This document shows, one piece after another, positions 24,101 through 37,598 of a stretch of DNA of 64,000 nucleotides. The position numbers were made by a program, and so were the translations under genes. Origin of the DNA: Octopus vulgaris (taxonomy: Eukaryota); NCBI GenBank assembly GCA_951406725.2, contig OX597838.1, forward strand, positions 25,296,001-25,360,000. The letters run 5' to 3'. Numbering within the stretch: position 1 is the stretch's first letter; the number at the start of each line of letters is the position of its first letter. Below the pieces are notes generated by a model. The model saw only the letters and a list, made by a program, of their open reading frames with translations. It was not told where the DNA came from and searched no databases.

Positions 24101-24463
24101 ATGCGTTAGCGCTGCAATGGGTGAAAAAGCAACATCGATTCACACCCACTCTTTAGATACCCGCCACGCCACCTAAGGGGCGGGAGTGGCTGAATAATAA
24201 TAACAATAATAATAATAATAATAATGAGGGTAATTATAATAATGATTTCATGACATCAGGCCATAAAGCCTCTCAAACTGATGGTGGGTGGGGGGGAATC
24301 GGGATGCTGTAACTATTATGCCTTGCCCAAGAACGTAAGCGACTTGAAGTGAAGTCAAAACAGTTTCTTCTACATGTGTCAAAACCGGTTTGCGAGAAAT
24401 GTGTGCGTGTATATATATAAATATATATGTATATACAAACACACACACACACTCACACATATA

Positions 24464-24966
24464 CGAGGCATTCCCGGAAAATAGAGTCGGAAATTATTTA
24501 ATGCACCAAAAGCCGTAATTTTGGAGGGGATTTGTGTTTGAAGCATCGTGGCTTGCGATTTTGCATTTTTGTTTGGTACATGTGTGAAGGAATTTTTGTA
24601 CCCCACCCCTTTTTCGTAATTAAAAAATTTTTTTTATCAGTTTTGACCTTCTTTTGAAACAAAAAAAAATATTTTCTGAATTTCTGAATTATGTTTTAAA
24701 CGTCTTGAATGATGATACCTCAAAATTATTCGTCACATAAACACGAAAAAGAAAAAAAAAAAAAAAATTCGGAAAAAGAAAAAGAAAAGGTCATATCTGA
24801 AAAATCATAGGGGCCAAGCCCCCCACCCCCAGATAGAACCCGTCTCCGACAACTTCTATTTTTTGTAGATTCGTAATCTTCCATACCTAAAACCTTATAC
24901 ACCTGAAATAATTATGGGTTTTAGCGCACTAGATGAATTCCGACTCCATTCTTCAGGAATGCCCTG
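24464..24966. mobile_element. Tc1/mariner-like MITE
   Basis: ~55 bp imperfect TIRs CGAGGCATTCCCGGAAAATAGAGTCGGAA / TTCCGACTCCATTCTTCAGGAATGCCCTG, with TA on the left and TG on the right. Confidence 0.7.
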
Positions 24967-25050
24967 TGCATTAAGCAACCTGTTATATTAGTTACATGTA
25001 TACGTAGAATTCACAGTCTATTTTCTACGAGAATACTATACATACACACA

Positions 25051-25109
<59 letters not shown>

Positions 25110-25912
25110 TACGTAAATATGTATGTTTCTGTATGTATGTGCGTACGTATTTTATAGGAGTATCGTACACACACACACTAATATGTGTAATGTGAAAAGT
25201 AGGTGTGTCCGCATGAAAAAATTCGCTAGGCCTTAAAATTTAGTTAGAAAATGTAAAATAAAATAGTTAAATGTTATTTTAGGAGCCGAATTAATTGTTT
25301 GTATGAAAAATAATATTTTTTTAATCATAAGTAAATTGTCGTTTATCGACTTACACGTTATTAAGTTTAAAAAATTTTTGGCAAAAGAAAGTCGTTTCCA
25401 TAGTAAAAATAAAAAAAAAAGCGAAAGATTTTACGGTACGAAATAAATTGGAATGCTGCAATTAATATGTGCAACGTAAATGATTTAAAGAATAATAGTT
25501 TTTGTGTGTGTAAATTAATGATTTTTTGGAGAAATAATTTATTTTAAAATATATCAAATATGAAAAAAATAAATTAACCACTTGTTTGTTCCGCCTCAGG
25601 GTCATCTCTCTCCCTCCTCCTTCTCCTTCTCTCTAACTGAACAGGCCTGTGATGAAAGATATTCCGGCCGTGACCATCTATATATAGGGTTACGCTGTCA
25701 TTGCTTTTTTTTTTTTTTGTCTCGTATATTTGACTATTGTCATGTTGTCATGCTCCGCTTGTTGCTATTTCTAGCTTCATTAATGACCGCATGAAGACCC
25801 CCTCTATCTCTTTCTCTCTCTCTGATGTTTTTAGTACACGTGAATGCTTGTAGAATATTTTTCGTAACTCAACAATTGTTGAAAGAATAATTTACGGAAA
25901 ATACGTAACAGA

Positions 25913-26111
25913 GACGCAGGCGTGGCTGCGTGAGTAAGAAGTTTGCTTTCCAACCATGCGATCTTGGGTTCAGTCCCACTGCGTGCGGCGGCACCTTTGG
26001 GCAAGCGTCTTCTACTATAGTCCCGGGCCGACCAAAGCTTTCTAAGTTGATTTGGTAGACGGAAACTGAAAGGAGCCGGTCTTGTCTGTCTGTCTGCCTG
26101 TGTGTGTGTGT

Positions 26112-26150
<39 letters not shown>

Positions 26151-26325
26151 TGTGTGTGTGTGTGTGTGAGTTGTTTGTTACCCAACACCGCTTGACAGCT
26201 TTTGTTGGTTTATTTACATCTCCGTAACTATAGAAAAAAATTAGTGCTGGGCTCAATTTGTTCGACTGAAAGAACCCTTCAAGGGCGGTGCTCCAGCATG
26301 GTCGCTATCCAATGACTGAAACAAA
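25913..26325 (+). mobile_element. SINE family A, CpG-rich copy
   Basis: Full head and tail with many retained CpGs. Confidence 0.85.
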
Positions 26326-27058
26326 GCACAACATTAAAAGAATGTAACACCACTTAGTCGAAAGTAAAGAATATGCACACCCGGTGGTTAGGATCAGGGC
26401 TTTTGTTACGCCGAAAACTGGTTGTGTACGTATTCCTTACCTCCGTCAACACCTTTTTAAGCGAACTTTATTTTTTTACAGTCTATTTAAAACTGGTTGC
26501 CATGTAGTCGATCTATGAACAAAGCGTTCCCACCACAGCCCACCCGTTATTGTTAAATAAACTGTGAGCGTTCATTTTCTAACGGGCGGTATAGGGTGTG
26601 GTTTTAGAGTAATTTCTTCTTTGTTGGAAATCGAATGACCACGTAGTGGCTTGTGTGTGGGGTTGGGATTGGAGGAGAGACAGAATGAGACAATCTGCAT
26701 CGTTTGTGCTGTGTTGCTGCAAATTAAAAAAAATTAAAGCAAACACTCGTCAGTTTTTCTCTTCGTGCTCCCACTGTCGCTACTTAAGATTTTTTCCTTG
26801 CCACACTTACAATTAATTAGTTATTAGGATCCAGATGGACTGTGTGAGTTCAGTGTCTCATCCTCTTAGTCAACCTCTCACTTAAGTTTTTACTCTCACT
26901 CGACCACTTACCTTCTCTCAACCTCTCACTCAATCTCTTGCTCCCTCCCTCCCCCCTCTCTCTTAGCCTCTCATTCATCAAGCTCTTACCCATACCTATC
27001 TTTTTACCCTCGGCTAGTCTCTCCTTACTCAGCCTCTCACCCTTATCTTCTCCTAATT

Positions 27059-27290
27059 TCTTATTTCTTTATTGCCCACAAGGGGCTAAACACAGAGGGG
27101 ACAAACAAGGGCAGACAAAGGGACTAAGTCGATTACATCGACCCCAGTGTGTAACTGGTACTTAATTTATCGATCCCGAAAGGATGAAAGGCAAAGTTGA
27201 CCTCGGCAGAATTTGAACTCAGAACGTAGCGGCAGACAAAATACCACTAAGTATTTTGCCGGCGTGCTAACGTTTCTGCCAGCTTGCCAC
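27059..27290 (-). mobile_element. SINE family B, full length with TSD
   Basis: Head GGTGGCAAGCTGGCAGAAACGTTAGC, B box GAGTTCAAATTC and tail AGCCCCTTGTGGGCAATAAAGAAAT. ~17 bp TSD CTTATCTTCTC(C/T)TAATT at 27042-27058 and 27291-27307. Confidence 0.9.
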
Positions 27291-28051
27291 CTTATCTTCT
27301 CTTAATTCTACCTTTCTCCCTCCCTCTCCCTTCTACCCATCCCCTTTTCTCCCCCTCTCATCCTATTTCTTTCTCTCTTTTCTACCTCTCTCTAGTGTCA
27401 TCTTATAATCCATTGGGACCTGTAATAGTTGAACTGGCCAGTGGCTAAGCTATTGAAACTATCTGTTTTTAGACTGCGTTCAAATCCTGATCACTGTCAT
27501 TTTAGATTACGCAAGATAAGCCGACAAACAGCTACTACATGGACACTCAATCTGCTGGAATAGTAGTCAAATGTGACTCAAATTACATCCTACCCCCTTG
27601 AAGGATAAAGTTATCTTGAGTCATGCTGACTCATGAGGGCTGGTTTCCCGGTTTCATGACATAAATATTCTCCACCTGGACAGGACTTCATTCTGATGCA
27701 GGATTATTCATCTTCATCAGCTGAGTGGACAGCTGAGGGGCAACGTGAAATGAAGTATTTTGCTCAAGAACACAACACGTCCCCAGTCCAGGAATTGAAA
27801 CCACTATCTTACGATCATGAGTCTGATACCCTAACCATCAAGCTACACATCTCCACTTGGAGACGACCTGGGATAATGTTATTTGGCAGGTTGCATAGTT
27901 TGGGGATGATGAATTCTCTCCAACTTCTTTGCATTGAGATGGTATTATGGACATGTGGTTAGAATGTTACAGGAAAGAATCACAAGATAGATTCTTCAAG
28001 CTGAGCCATTCAGCAGGAGATCCAGGGTAGGACAAGAATTAGATGGTTGGA

Positions 28052-28828
28052 AGATATCCATGGCACCCCGACAATTCTGTGCACGACAATTCAGCACTGA
28101 CAATTCCATGTATGATAATTTAATGCTGTCAAATTTATGCATGACAATTCTGCACATGGTATGCACATGCCAATTCGTGCACAACAGTTCTCTTGGACCA
28201 TTCTTCTTGAGATGTCATAAGATGCACCAACCCTTTCACGAATATTTGAATGCATCTACTTTATTGCTAATACTGCTGGCTGTGGCACATGGCTGTGCTC
28301 CATGATTCCCATAAACTCCCATTAACATGGATACGACCTTTGCATTTGTCTTCAGTACAATGCCAAGACTCTTTTTTCCATTTCGAAGTTTTCTATCTAA
28401 ACGATAGCAAAATCCATTTAATAAAATATGCTCATGCCCTTTCTCTGATAAAACCCTCTCTTAGGGCTCGTTTTTTATTTCTAAATTAGTAAATGTTTGT
28501 AACCAACTGGAATCTTAAAAAGTTAAAAATACCATCCTAGGTCTGCAAAATAATAGTAATGAAATGACATACTTGTATAAATAGAAAAAAAAAAGGCTTT
28601 TGGACTACTAATTATGAAAGTGGTTGAAAGTACTAATTATTCAATGGTTGTTGATGTTAACAATCTAAAACATTGCCATTTATTCATGAAGTTGAAAAGT
28701 TTAGAAATTTTGAAAACAAAATAGATTAAATTAAATTTCATACACGCCAAAACACAATGTACTGAATTGTTTTTGCATAGTCCTTGGGCTGAATTGTCAT
28801 GTACGGAATTGTTGGTTCAAGAATATCC
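28052..28828. mobile_element. Old TIR element with subterminal GACAATTC repeats (superfamily unclear)
   Basis: The left end GATATCCATGGCACCCCGACAATTCTGTGCACGACAATTCAGC mirrors the right end GCTGAATTGTCATGTACGGAATTGTTGGTTCAAGAATATCC. No clear TSD. Confidence 0.55.
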
Positions 28829-30429
28829 ATAATCTCAGTTGGTTATGCTTGGGAATTCAGCTAAAAAAGTGTAAGGACAGTTGCTTCTGATAGGGCCCTA
28901 CGGAAGAGGTGTTCTGAGAATTCTACCCCTGATGATCTTCCAGGAATAGTTGGTAGTAAAAAGGGATAGATGGTTGGTCAAGGCTGGACTTGCTTTTAAT
29001 TCTATCTCTATTGAATAAGGACTGATGTGGGATTAAACATCATCATAGAACTGGCTAATTGTTCTGTGTAATTAGATAGTACAAGATTAAAAAGGAGATG
29101 GCTGACGAGTGATTTATCCCATAGGAGAGGAACTGCTTCTTATAAAGACAAGTGACTTATCCACAGGGGCATTTATCTCTCATCACAGTGCCTCAAGTGC
29201 TGAACACTTTATTCTACATGACTTCAGTTCACTTGATGGCCAAGAACTACTTCCATCTGAGTAGTTTTATTTTTCAAAAATTTTGAGCAAACATATCTCC
29301 CTTTGCCAGTGTGTATTTCAGATTTTGCAATACTTCAGAAGGGTGTTTAGGTCTACTAATTGCATAGATAGTATCACTTAAATTTTTTCAACTTGCTATA
29401 TTAGGTATGTGCATATTCTACTGTATTTGTATTTTTGCACCCTATATGCTTCCTACATATATATATATATTTATCATCCTTAATCTTACCAGCTGAGTAG
29501 AATATACTTCCCTGAAGGCCTAAGATAGCTAAAACATGCCTGTTGCTTTCATTGGTTGGCTTAGCTTTAGTTTTGTGTTCAAACTGACCAGATCCTGCCT
29601 CTCACACCTATCCTACAATGTCATTTTGAAAATATACAATCATATCATTGAAATCTCAATACTACAAGATGATAAATGACTAGCTGAAAACAATATGAAT
29701 AAATAAACACTCCATTTGACAGAGTAATGTGAATACTAAAGGGCTGGACTTGATTTGCTCCAATTTGCATTGTCTAGATTGTCCAAAAATTTCAATCAGC
29801 TGATCTTAGTGGAATTATCTCCCTTGTTATTTACAGATGTTGCACACCTTTGAGGGTAGTTTTTGTTTACTAATTTCCATAGATAGTTGCAATTAATAAA
29901 AGTTTTTCAACTCACTGTCTTGCGTAATATGTCTCCTTGGCAATTTCTCTCAGCCTTGTTGTCCAAAACAGGTGCCATTTGGGGAATCTTGAGGGACTTT
30001 CATACTGCATCTGACTGCTTTTGAAATAGGACAGTCTGTTCTGTTAGCTATTGGGACAAAGAGCATCTACCAGATCTGGTGAATGTTAATTTAGAAGAGT
30101 CTGGTGTCCTATCCAGAGAGAAGTTTACATCTCATCACTGTATCTCATGAGCAGAACACTTCATTGCTTCTATCCGGGAGCCCAACCTACTAGAAATAGC
30201 AGCCAAGTAGTTTTCTAAGCACATTCTGCCATCTTTAATGCAAGAAGGGGGACATTAGTTAATGAGGTCCTGCATACTCCTGAAAATGAGTTGTCTGTGT
30301 CTAGAATGTCTTTGAACTGTCCTAGGGTTAAACAGCAATAACAACATTTGTTTAGCTGTTGGAAGGAATGGGTGCACCCAGATGATACAAGTCAACTCCG
30401 ATCCAAACATGACCACTCATAATTTCTTT

Positions 30430-30806
30430 TCAAGTTTGCTCTCGCACTCCATCACTACCACCTTTATCTCTTTCCCCATCTACTTGCACTCATCCTTATA
30501 TAATGTACGGTAGCCATGTGTCTCCTTTGATAGCAACACACCTGTGTTTGTCCCTCTGTCATGCTTTAGCCTTTCAACACCTCGTTAGTTGTCGGAACAC
30601 TGCATCCTTCAAAGCTTCCATGCTTCCGGAGATTCGCCAACACTACACCTGATTTTCTCCCCTCCATACACACGCAGTCATGTATCTGACTCATACACTG
30701 TTCGCTTTCCAGACATTTGTACATTACTGCGTATGCTTTATACGCACTTATGACAAGTTGTGGTGCACCTGAGCACTGTATACGATAATTTCATTATTAT
30801 TATTAT
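30430..30806 (+). mobile_element. Probable LINE 3' UTR remnant ending in (ATT)n
   Basis: Ends GGTGCACCTGAGCACTGTATACGATAATTTCATTATTATTATT, i.e. a small stem-loop plus microsatellite tail. Confidence 0.4.
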
Positions 30807-31199
30807 AATGCCATCTGCTCCTCTCAAGTACACATCTTACTTAGTTGCAGAGTGAGGGCAGGGACTTTCCTTTCTTTTGCTTTTCTCCCTGTTATTTGTT
30901 TTCTAGTAAGTTACCTGACAACCCAACTAGTGTTGGTGGAATGGAAAAAACACCTAGTACATGCTGTCAGGTGGTTGGTTTTAAGAAGGGCATCTGGCCA
31001 TAGAAATTATGCCAAAGCAGACATTGCATCTCAGCGCAGCCCTCTGAATCACTGGGTCTTGTCAAACTGTCCAACCCATGCCAGCATGGAAAATGATTAT
31101 TGAAGTCAAATGATGACAATGACATAATGCAGGGTATCCTTCCTTAACCATCTTGCTTTTTTTTTGAGGTGTCTAATGGACACATTTGCCAAAAAGATA

Positions 31200-31685
31200 G
31201 GTTGTGATTTGAGGGCAATTTGGTTGCTATTTCTAGCTGGCTGACTGACCACGTCAAGGCACTATTATTGATTTGACCATCTATTTCTTATAGACACTGA
31301 TGTTATATCCAGAATCAATATTTATCTCCTTATCACATATCAGCAACAGCTCCGTTTTTTTGTGACATTTAAGATTTTGCTTCTATTTCTAGCTTGTTGA
31401 CTGACCACTTATAGGCACTCACTTTGGTTTAGCTATTCTCTTACAGACATTAGTGTTGTATCCAGGGTTAAGGATCAATATTTATCTCCTTATATCATAG
31501 ATCATTTTCAGCTCCTTTTTTTGGGGGTGAGATTTAAAGGAGATTTTGCTTCTATTTTTAGCTTGTTGACTGACCACACACAGGCACTCTCATTGACTTA
31601 ACTATTCTCTTATAGTCACTAGTATTGTATACAGGATGGAGGGTCAATATTTATCTCCCTAGATCACAAATCATTCACAGCCCCT
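31200..31685. repeat. Tandem triplication (~150-175 bp) of a dispersed repeat
   Basis: TTGCT(T)CTATTTCTAGCTTGTTGACTGACCAC...TCAATATTTATCTCC occurs three times. Confidence 0.8.
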
Positions 31686-32498
31686 TTTTTTAAAACAAGT
31701 TTAACAGGTCCCCACTGAAGGCCTAGCGCGGTTGTCACTGTGGTTATTAAGTCAACCTAAACTGAAAACTTTTATCCCACTTCTTCTTATTGCCTCCTAG
31801 GATTTCAGGCTTACCCTGTCCAACTAATATGGTAGGATCCTCATCTCTCCACACATTATGAACCTATTTAAATAAATGAAATTCAAATCAACAGTTGACC
31901 TTCAACTCATTAGTGTTTCTCTCTTTCCTTCTTTTTACCTCTCTTCACCTACCTCCTACTGCTCTCCCCCACTCTCTTCTCAATCATCTACCTCCCACTG
32001 TCCTCTCTCATATTTACTTCCCACTACTATCTCTCTTGCTGTCTCTCTCTCCCATCTCCTACTGCATAAATGTAGTATGTTTATAATTTTATATATTTAT
32101 ATATGTCTCTATATAAAGGTGTACATATACATTTGAAGATGTGAGTGGCTGTATAGGTGTGCTTGATGAATGTGTTTGTACATGTTTAGTAGTAGTTGTG
32201 TGTTTGTGTGTGTGTATATATAGGTAGGCCGATAGAAAGCTAGATATCCATATGAACATATTTTTATTGGTGCAGAAAAGTGTGTGTATATACATACACA
32301 AATATATTTTCCAGGAGTAGAGGAGGTTCCCATTATTTTCAACAAAGCTGTAAGGAGGACAGCTCTTCCACAAAAATGATACTCTGACATAAAACTTGCA
32401 GTCCAAAGAGTACCAGTCATCTTGCAATGCTTGTCTCTGTAACCTACCATAGCGACGGAGAGAGTGGCAAAAGTTCTGTACAAGCTTTTACTGCCTAA

Positions 32499-32704
32499 CC
32501 CTTTCGATATCAACCTGCCCAAGACTGCCCTTGGTTCTCTGGTACAAACTTGCCATTTTAAAGTGATCTAAATTACAATTTCCTATGGAAGTAATGTTCC
32601 AAACATCTGCTTAATAACGACTGAGTTATTTTACTATATTCTTTATTTTTTAAATCAATTGAAACAGAAGTGTATTTAAAAGAACCTATATGGTAACAAA
32701 AGGG
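32499..32704. mobile_element. piggyBac-like MITE
   Basis: CTAA|CCCTTTCGATA ... GGTAACAAAAGGG|TTAA. Confidence 0.65.
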
Positions 32705-32930
32705 TTAAATCCAATGACATACAGATATTTCCCTATTCATTTCATTTCTTGGCTTGTTTTGTGTTTTATTAAGTCCTATGGTGATGGATGCATGGTGGGC
32801 TTGAAAAGTCATAACTGTGGACATGCAAGGATGAAAGTCAATCAGAACAATCAGGTTGAATGTGAGACGGCTATCATCTGACAGGATGAGGCAAAATCTA
32901 TGTATATGTGTGTGAATATGAATCTCTATG

Positions 32931-33167
32931 CAGTAATCCCTCGCCATATTGTGGTTCACCTATTGTGCACTCACTACATTGTGGTTCACCTATAGCACAC
33001 CCAATACATTCTCGATTTTTCTGGCTAATATATGTAAATTTATATCATGAACTCCTCAGTGTATCATAGGTTTCTGTGGCCAATAGGTATTCATATTTTT
33101 TTTCGATTTTAATTATTTCTGTGGGAGGTTTTGGAACATAACACCCCCGATAGTCGAGGAATTACTG
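32931..33167. mobile_element. pogo/Tigger-like MITE
   Basis: TIRs CAGTAATCCCTCG / CGAGGAATTACTG, with TA on the right and TG on the left. Confidence 0.75.
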
Positions 33168-33800
33168 TATTTAAATATCATACATTTATATGTGGCAAAA
33201 GGCATTGTCCTTATGCATTTACTTGCATGTATAGGTAATGACATGTTGCTACTTGTATGCATTTGTCTACACTTATGTACTTCAAATATAAATAGCCATG
33301 ATAGAAAGAGATTAGAAAATCCTTATATATATTCAGAGTAACATAATTTTCACACTCCAAAACTTCCTAAAAATACAGTTAAAAATTTCTTAATCGAAAG
33401 CTAATAACACCAATGACAAACTCAACCTCAGTGTCACCCATGATGTATGACCAGCTGTATTCATAAATTTCTTTTGCAAATCCTGAAATACCACAAGATC
33501 AGCCTTATATACAACAAATGTCCACACATGACTGAACCTTATACAATAGCAAAATTCCTATATCAAACCAAATTAAGTCTTTTCATAACTTTCTACCAAC
33601 GCCTCATATTAGAGACATACTTCTCTTCTTTCCGCCTTTATTCCCCTTTCCTATGCAATTGCTTCCCCTGTCTACATAATATCATACATGATTTATCATT
33701 CATATTACCCACCTACTAGAAAAACAACTTGCCAAAGACTATGTAAAGCCAGGAAGTCAGTGTGAACCTTTTTCTTGTAACAATTAATAAATATATATAT

Positions 33801-34590
33801 GGGTGCAGGCATGGCTGTGTGGTAAGAAGCTTGCTTCCCAGCCACATGGTCCAGGGTTCAGTCCCACTGCGTAGCACCTTGGGCAAGTGTCTTCTACTAG
33901 GGCAATCAAAGCCTTGGGAGTGGATTTGGTTGACAGAAACTCAAAGAAGCCTGACGTGTGTGTATGTGTGTCTTTGTGTCTGTGTTTGTCTCCCACCACC
34001 ATTTGACAACTGGTGTTGGTGTGTTTGCATCCCTGTAACTTAGAAGTTTGGCAAAAGAGACCGATAGAATAAGTATTCTTTTATTCTTTCACTTGTTTCA
34101 GTCATTTGATTGCACCCATGCTGGAGCACCGCCTTTAGTCAAACAAATCGACCCCAGGACTTTATCTTTATAAGCCTAGTACTTATTCTATCGGTCTCTT
34201 TTGCCGAAATGCTAAATTATGGGGATGCAAACAGACCAACATTGGTTGTCAAGCAATGGTGGGGGACAAACACAGACACACACTCAAATATACACATACA
34301 TTATATATATATATATATATGATGGGTTTCTTTCAGTTTCCGTCTATTAAATCCACTCACAAAGGTCTAGTTGGCCTGCAGCTATAGTAGAAGACACTGG
34401 CCCAAGGGGCCACACAGTGGGACTGAACCTGGAACTTGTGGTTGGGAAGCAAGCTTCTTACCACACAGCCACACTGTGTCTATTATTAGGCTTAAAAGAT
34501 AAGTCCTGGAGTCAATTCATTCGACTAAAAATTCAAGGCAGTGCTGCAGCATGGCCACAGTCTAGTGACTGGAACAAGTAAAAATTAAAA
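33801..34590 (+). mobile_element. SINE A carrying a nested antisense SINE A (34078-34480)
   Basis: The outer copy is interrupted after GATAGAATAAGTA and resumes with TTAGGCTTAAAAGATAAGTCCTGG at ~34485. Confidence 0.8.
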
Positions 34591-35021
34591 GATATTGTCA
34601 CCATCATCATATAACATGTGTTTTCCATGCTGGTACAACAGGATCTGGTGAACCACAGGATATCACCAGCTTTGACATGGTCTCTTCAGCTGGATGTCCT
34701 TTCTAACGCCATCCTGTTTACAATGTGTACTGGCTGCTTTTTCATGCCCCTGGTAGTAGAGAGGTTGCCAAGTGACTTACAAGACAGGAAAAGAAGAAGA
34801 AAAAACCTTCTCAACTAAGTGGGGAGGGGGAGTGTTTGACAAGAGGAATGTAGTTTTATACCAGCTGTTGAGATACTAAAGTATGATAGAAGGATAAGCA
34901 GAGCAGTTTTGGAATGTAACACCCCCGATAGTTTATATGTGGCAAAATGCATTGTCCTTATGTATTTACTTATGCATGTCATTCCATCACTCCTATAGAG
35001 GAGTGATGGAATGACAGAGCA

Positions 35022-35051
<30 letters not shown>

Positions 35052-35052
<1 letters not shown>

Positions 35053-35356
35053 GAGGCACAATGGCCCAGTGGTTAGAGCAGTGGACTTGTGGTCGTAGGG
35101 TTGCGGTTTCGATACCCAGTCCTGGTGTTGTGAGTTTTTATTGAGCGAAAACACCTAAAGCTCCATGAGGCTCTGGCAGGGGGTGGTGGCGATCCCTGCT
35201 GTATTCTTTCACTTCAACTTTCTCTCACTCTTCCTTAGCCTGTTGGCCTGCTCACTTATCCAGCAGGGTGGCGTCATTTGAAGGCTAAAACAATGCGAAG
35301 CGCATTGTGACCAGTGATGTGTAGCAACATCTGATAGCCTGGTTGGTCACGGTGAT
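35052..35356 (+). mobile_element. tRNA-derived SINE (family E)
   Basis: A box TGGCCCAGTGG and B-box-like GGTTTCGATACC, inserted after a (TG)n tract. Confidence 0.7.
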
Positions 35357-36337
35357 CCATGACTGTGTAGTAAGAAGTTTGCTTCCCAACCACATGGTTC
35401 TGGGTTCAGTACGACTGCATGACACTTTGGGTAAGTGTCTTTCACTATAGCCTTGGGCTGTCCAAAGCCTTGTGAGTGGATTTAGTAGAGAGAAACTGAA
35501 AGAAGCCCATCATATATATTTGTATATATTTATGTGTGTATGTGTGTGTGTCTGTGCTTGTTCCCCCATCATCGCCTGACAACTGATGCTGGTATGTTTA
35601 TGTCCCTGTAACTTAGCAGTTCAGCAAGAGACTGATTGAATAAGTACTAGGCTGACAAAAGGTCCTGGGGGTGGATTTCTTTGAGTAAAAACCCTTCAAG
35701 TTGGTGCTCCAGTATGGCCACACCCAAATGACTGAAACAAGTAAAAAAGAAAAAAGTAAAAGAAAATACACACACACACATACACACCCATATAAGACAA
35801 GGTATAAATAATGGTCATTACAGCTGTTTCCTTTATTGGAGTAAATTTGGCCTTACAGCTGTTTCCAGTAGTCATTATAGGTACATTACTGATAGGTTTG
35901 CACAATTTGTCTATTGATCAACTGAGAAAAATTGGAAGACCTAAAAAAATTCATGCTACTTTTGTCAGAGCCATTTCTGGTTATAAAAAGAGGGAAAGAA
36001 GCAAGTAGAATGTAGTCCAACCATAGATTTACAATATAGAGTTGTGATGAACCATAGACATGGACCTTGCCATAAGAATACTCGTAGTTCTTCTCTGATC
36101 TAAACAATATTGTTAGCCTGGTGTACCAACAGAGAGCATATGAAGTGTCTTGCCCAGATTAATAATTCCTTACTATTAGGTCTGACTGTGGTAAGAAGCT
36201 TGCTTCCCAACCACATGGTTCTGGGTTCAGTCCCACTGTGTGGCACCTTGGCCATGTGACTCCTATTATAGCCTTGGGCCGACCAAAGCCTTGTGAGTGA
36301 ATTTGGTGGATGAAAACTGAAAGAAGCCTGTCGTGTG

Positions 36338-36388
<51 letters not shown>

Positions 36389-36912
36389 GTATATATATAT
36401 ATGTATGTATTTATGTGTATATCTATAAATTAGTCTTGGGCTCAGTTTGTTTGACTAAAACCCTTCAATTGCTGAAATAAATAAATATATATATATATAT
36501 ATATATATAATCAAATATATATATATATATATATATTCTTTTATTCTCTTATTTGTTTCAGTCATTTGACTGCAGCCATGCTGGGGCATGATCTTTAGTC
36601 GAACAAAGTGACCCCAGGACTTCTTCTTTGTAAGCCTAGTACTTATTCTATCGGTCACTTTTGCCGAACCACTAAGTTACGGGGACCTAAACACACCAAC
36701 ATTGGTTGTCAAGTGATGGAAAAGGAGGACAGACACAGACACAAATAAATACATATATATGACGGTCTTCTTTCAGTTTCTCTCTGCCAAATCCACTCAC
36801 AAGGCTTTGGTTGGCCCAAGATTGTAGTAGAAGACACTTGCCCAAAGTACCATGCAGTGGGACTGAACCCAGAACCATATAGTTGGGAAGCAAGCTTCTT
36901 ACCACACAGCTA

Positions 36913-36947
<35 letters not shown>

Positions 36948-37351
36948 ATTCATTCATTTTTTGGCATGGTTGAGCACCCATATCTCAACTGGTTGAGATT
37001 TACAGTGCAGGTTATACTATTCATCTTTTTGATCACTGCTGAATACAAAATTGTGGCCTGTGAGACACCTGTTCAGGTGATTTTCCTGAGTGAGTCACCA
37101 TCCTGCACTCGTATGCCAATCTGTCACAAAGTTACCCTTTTACAACTGGGTGGACCACAGCAACATGAATGAAGTGTTTTGCTCAATAACACAATGCATC
37201 GCTGGTCTGGAAATTGAAACCACAATCTCACATGTCATCAGAGCACCCCTCCCCATCCACCAAGCCACGCACCTTCACTATCTATATATGTACACACACA
37301 CACACACATACAATAATAGACACACATGCAAGCATATTCATACATACACTA

Positions 37352-37440
<89 letters not shown>

Positions 37441-37524
37441 CATATATATACATGTATTTTTGTATGCATATATATATATATATATATATATACATATGCA
37501 TACAAAAATACATGTATATATATG

Positions 37525-37598
<74 letters not shown>

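Noticed and set aside
27437-27500. tRNA gene (GTTCAAATCC B box)
   Set aside because: No cloverleaf can be built; probably a decayed SINE head.
29508-29545. Third hammerhead (CCTGAAGGCC...GCTAAAACATG)
   Set aside because: Both core boxes are mutated and the stems are unconvincing; at most a decayed relic.
35811-36008. 65-aa ORF with a hydrophobic N-terminus
   Set aside because: No recognisable motif, splice context or other support; its length is compatible with chance.
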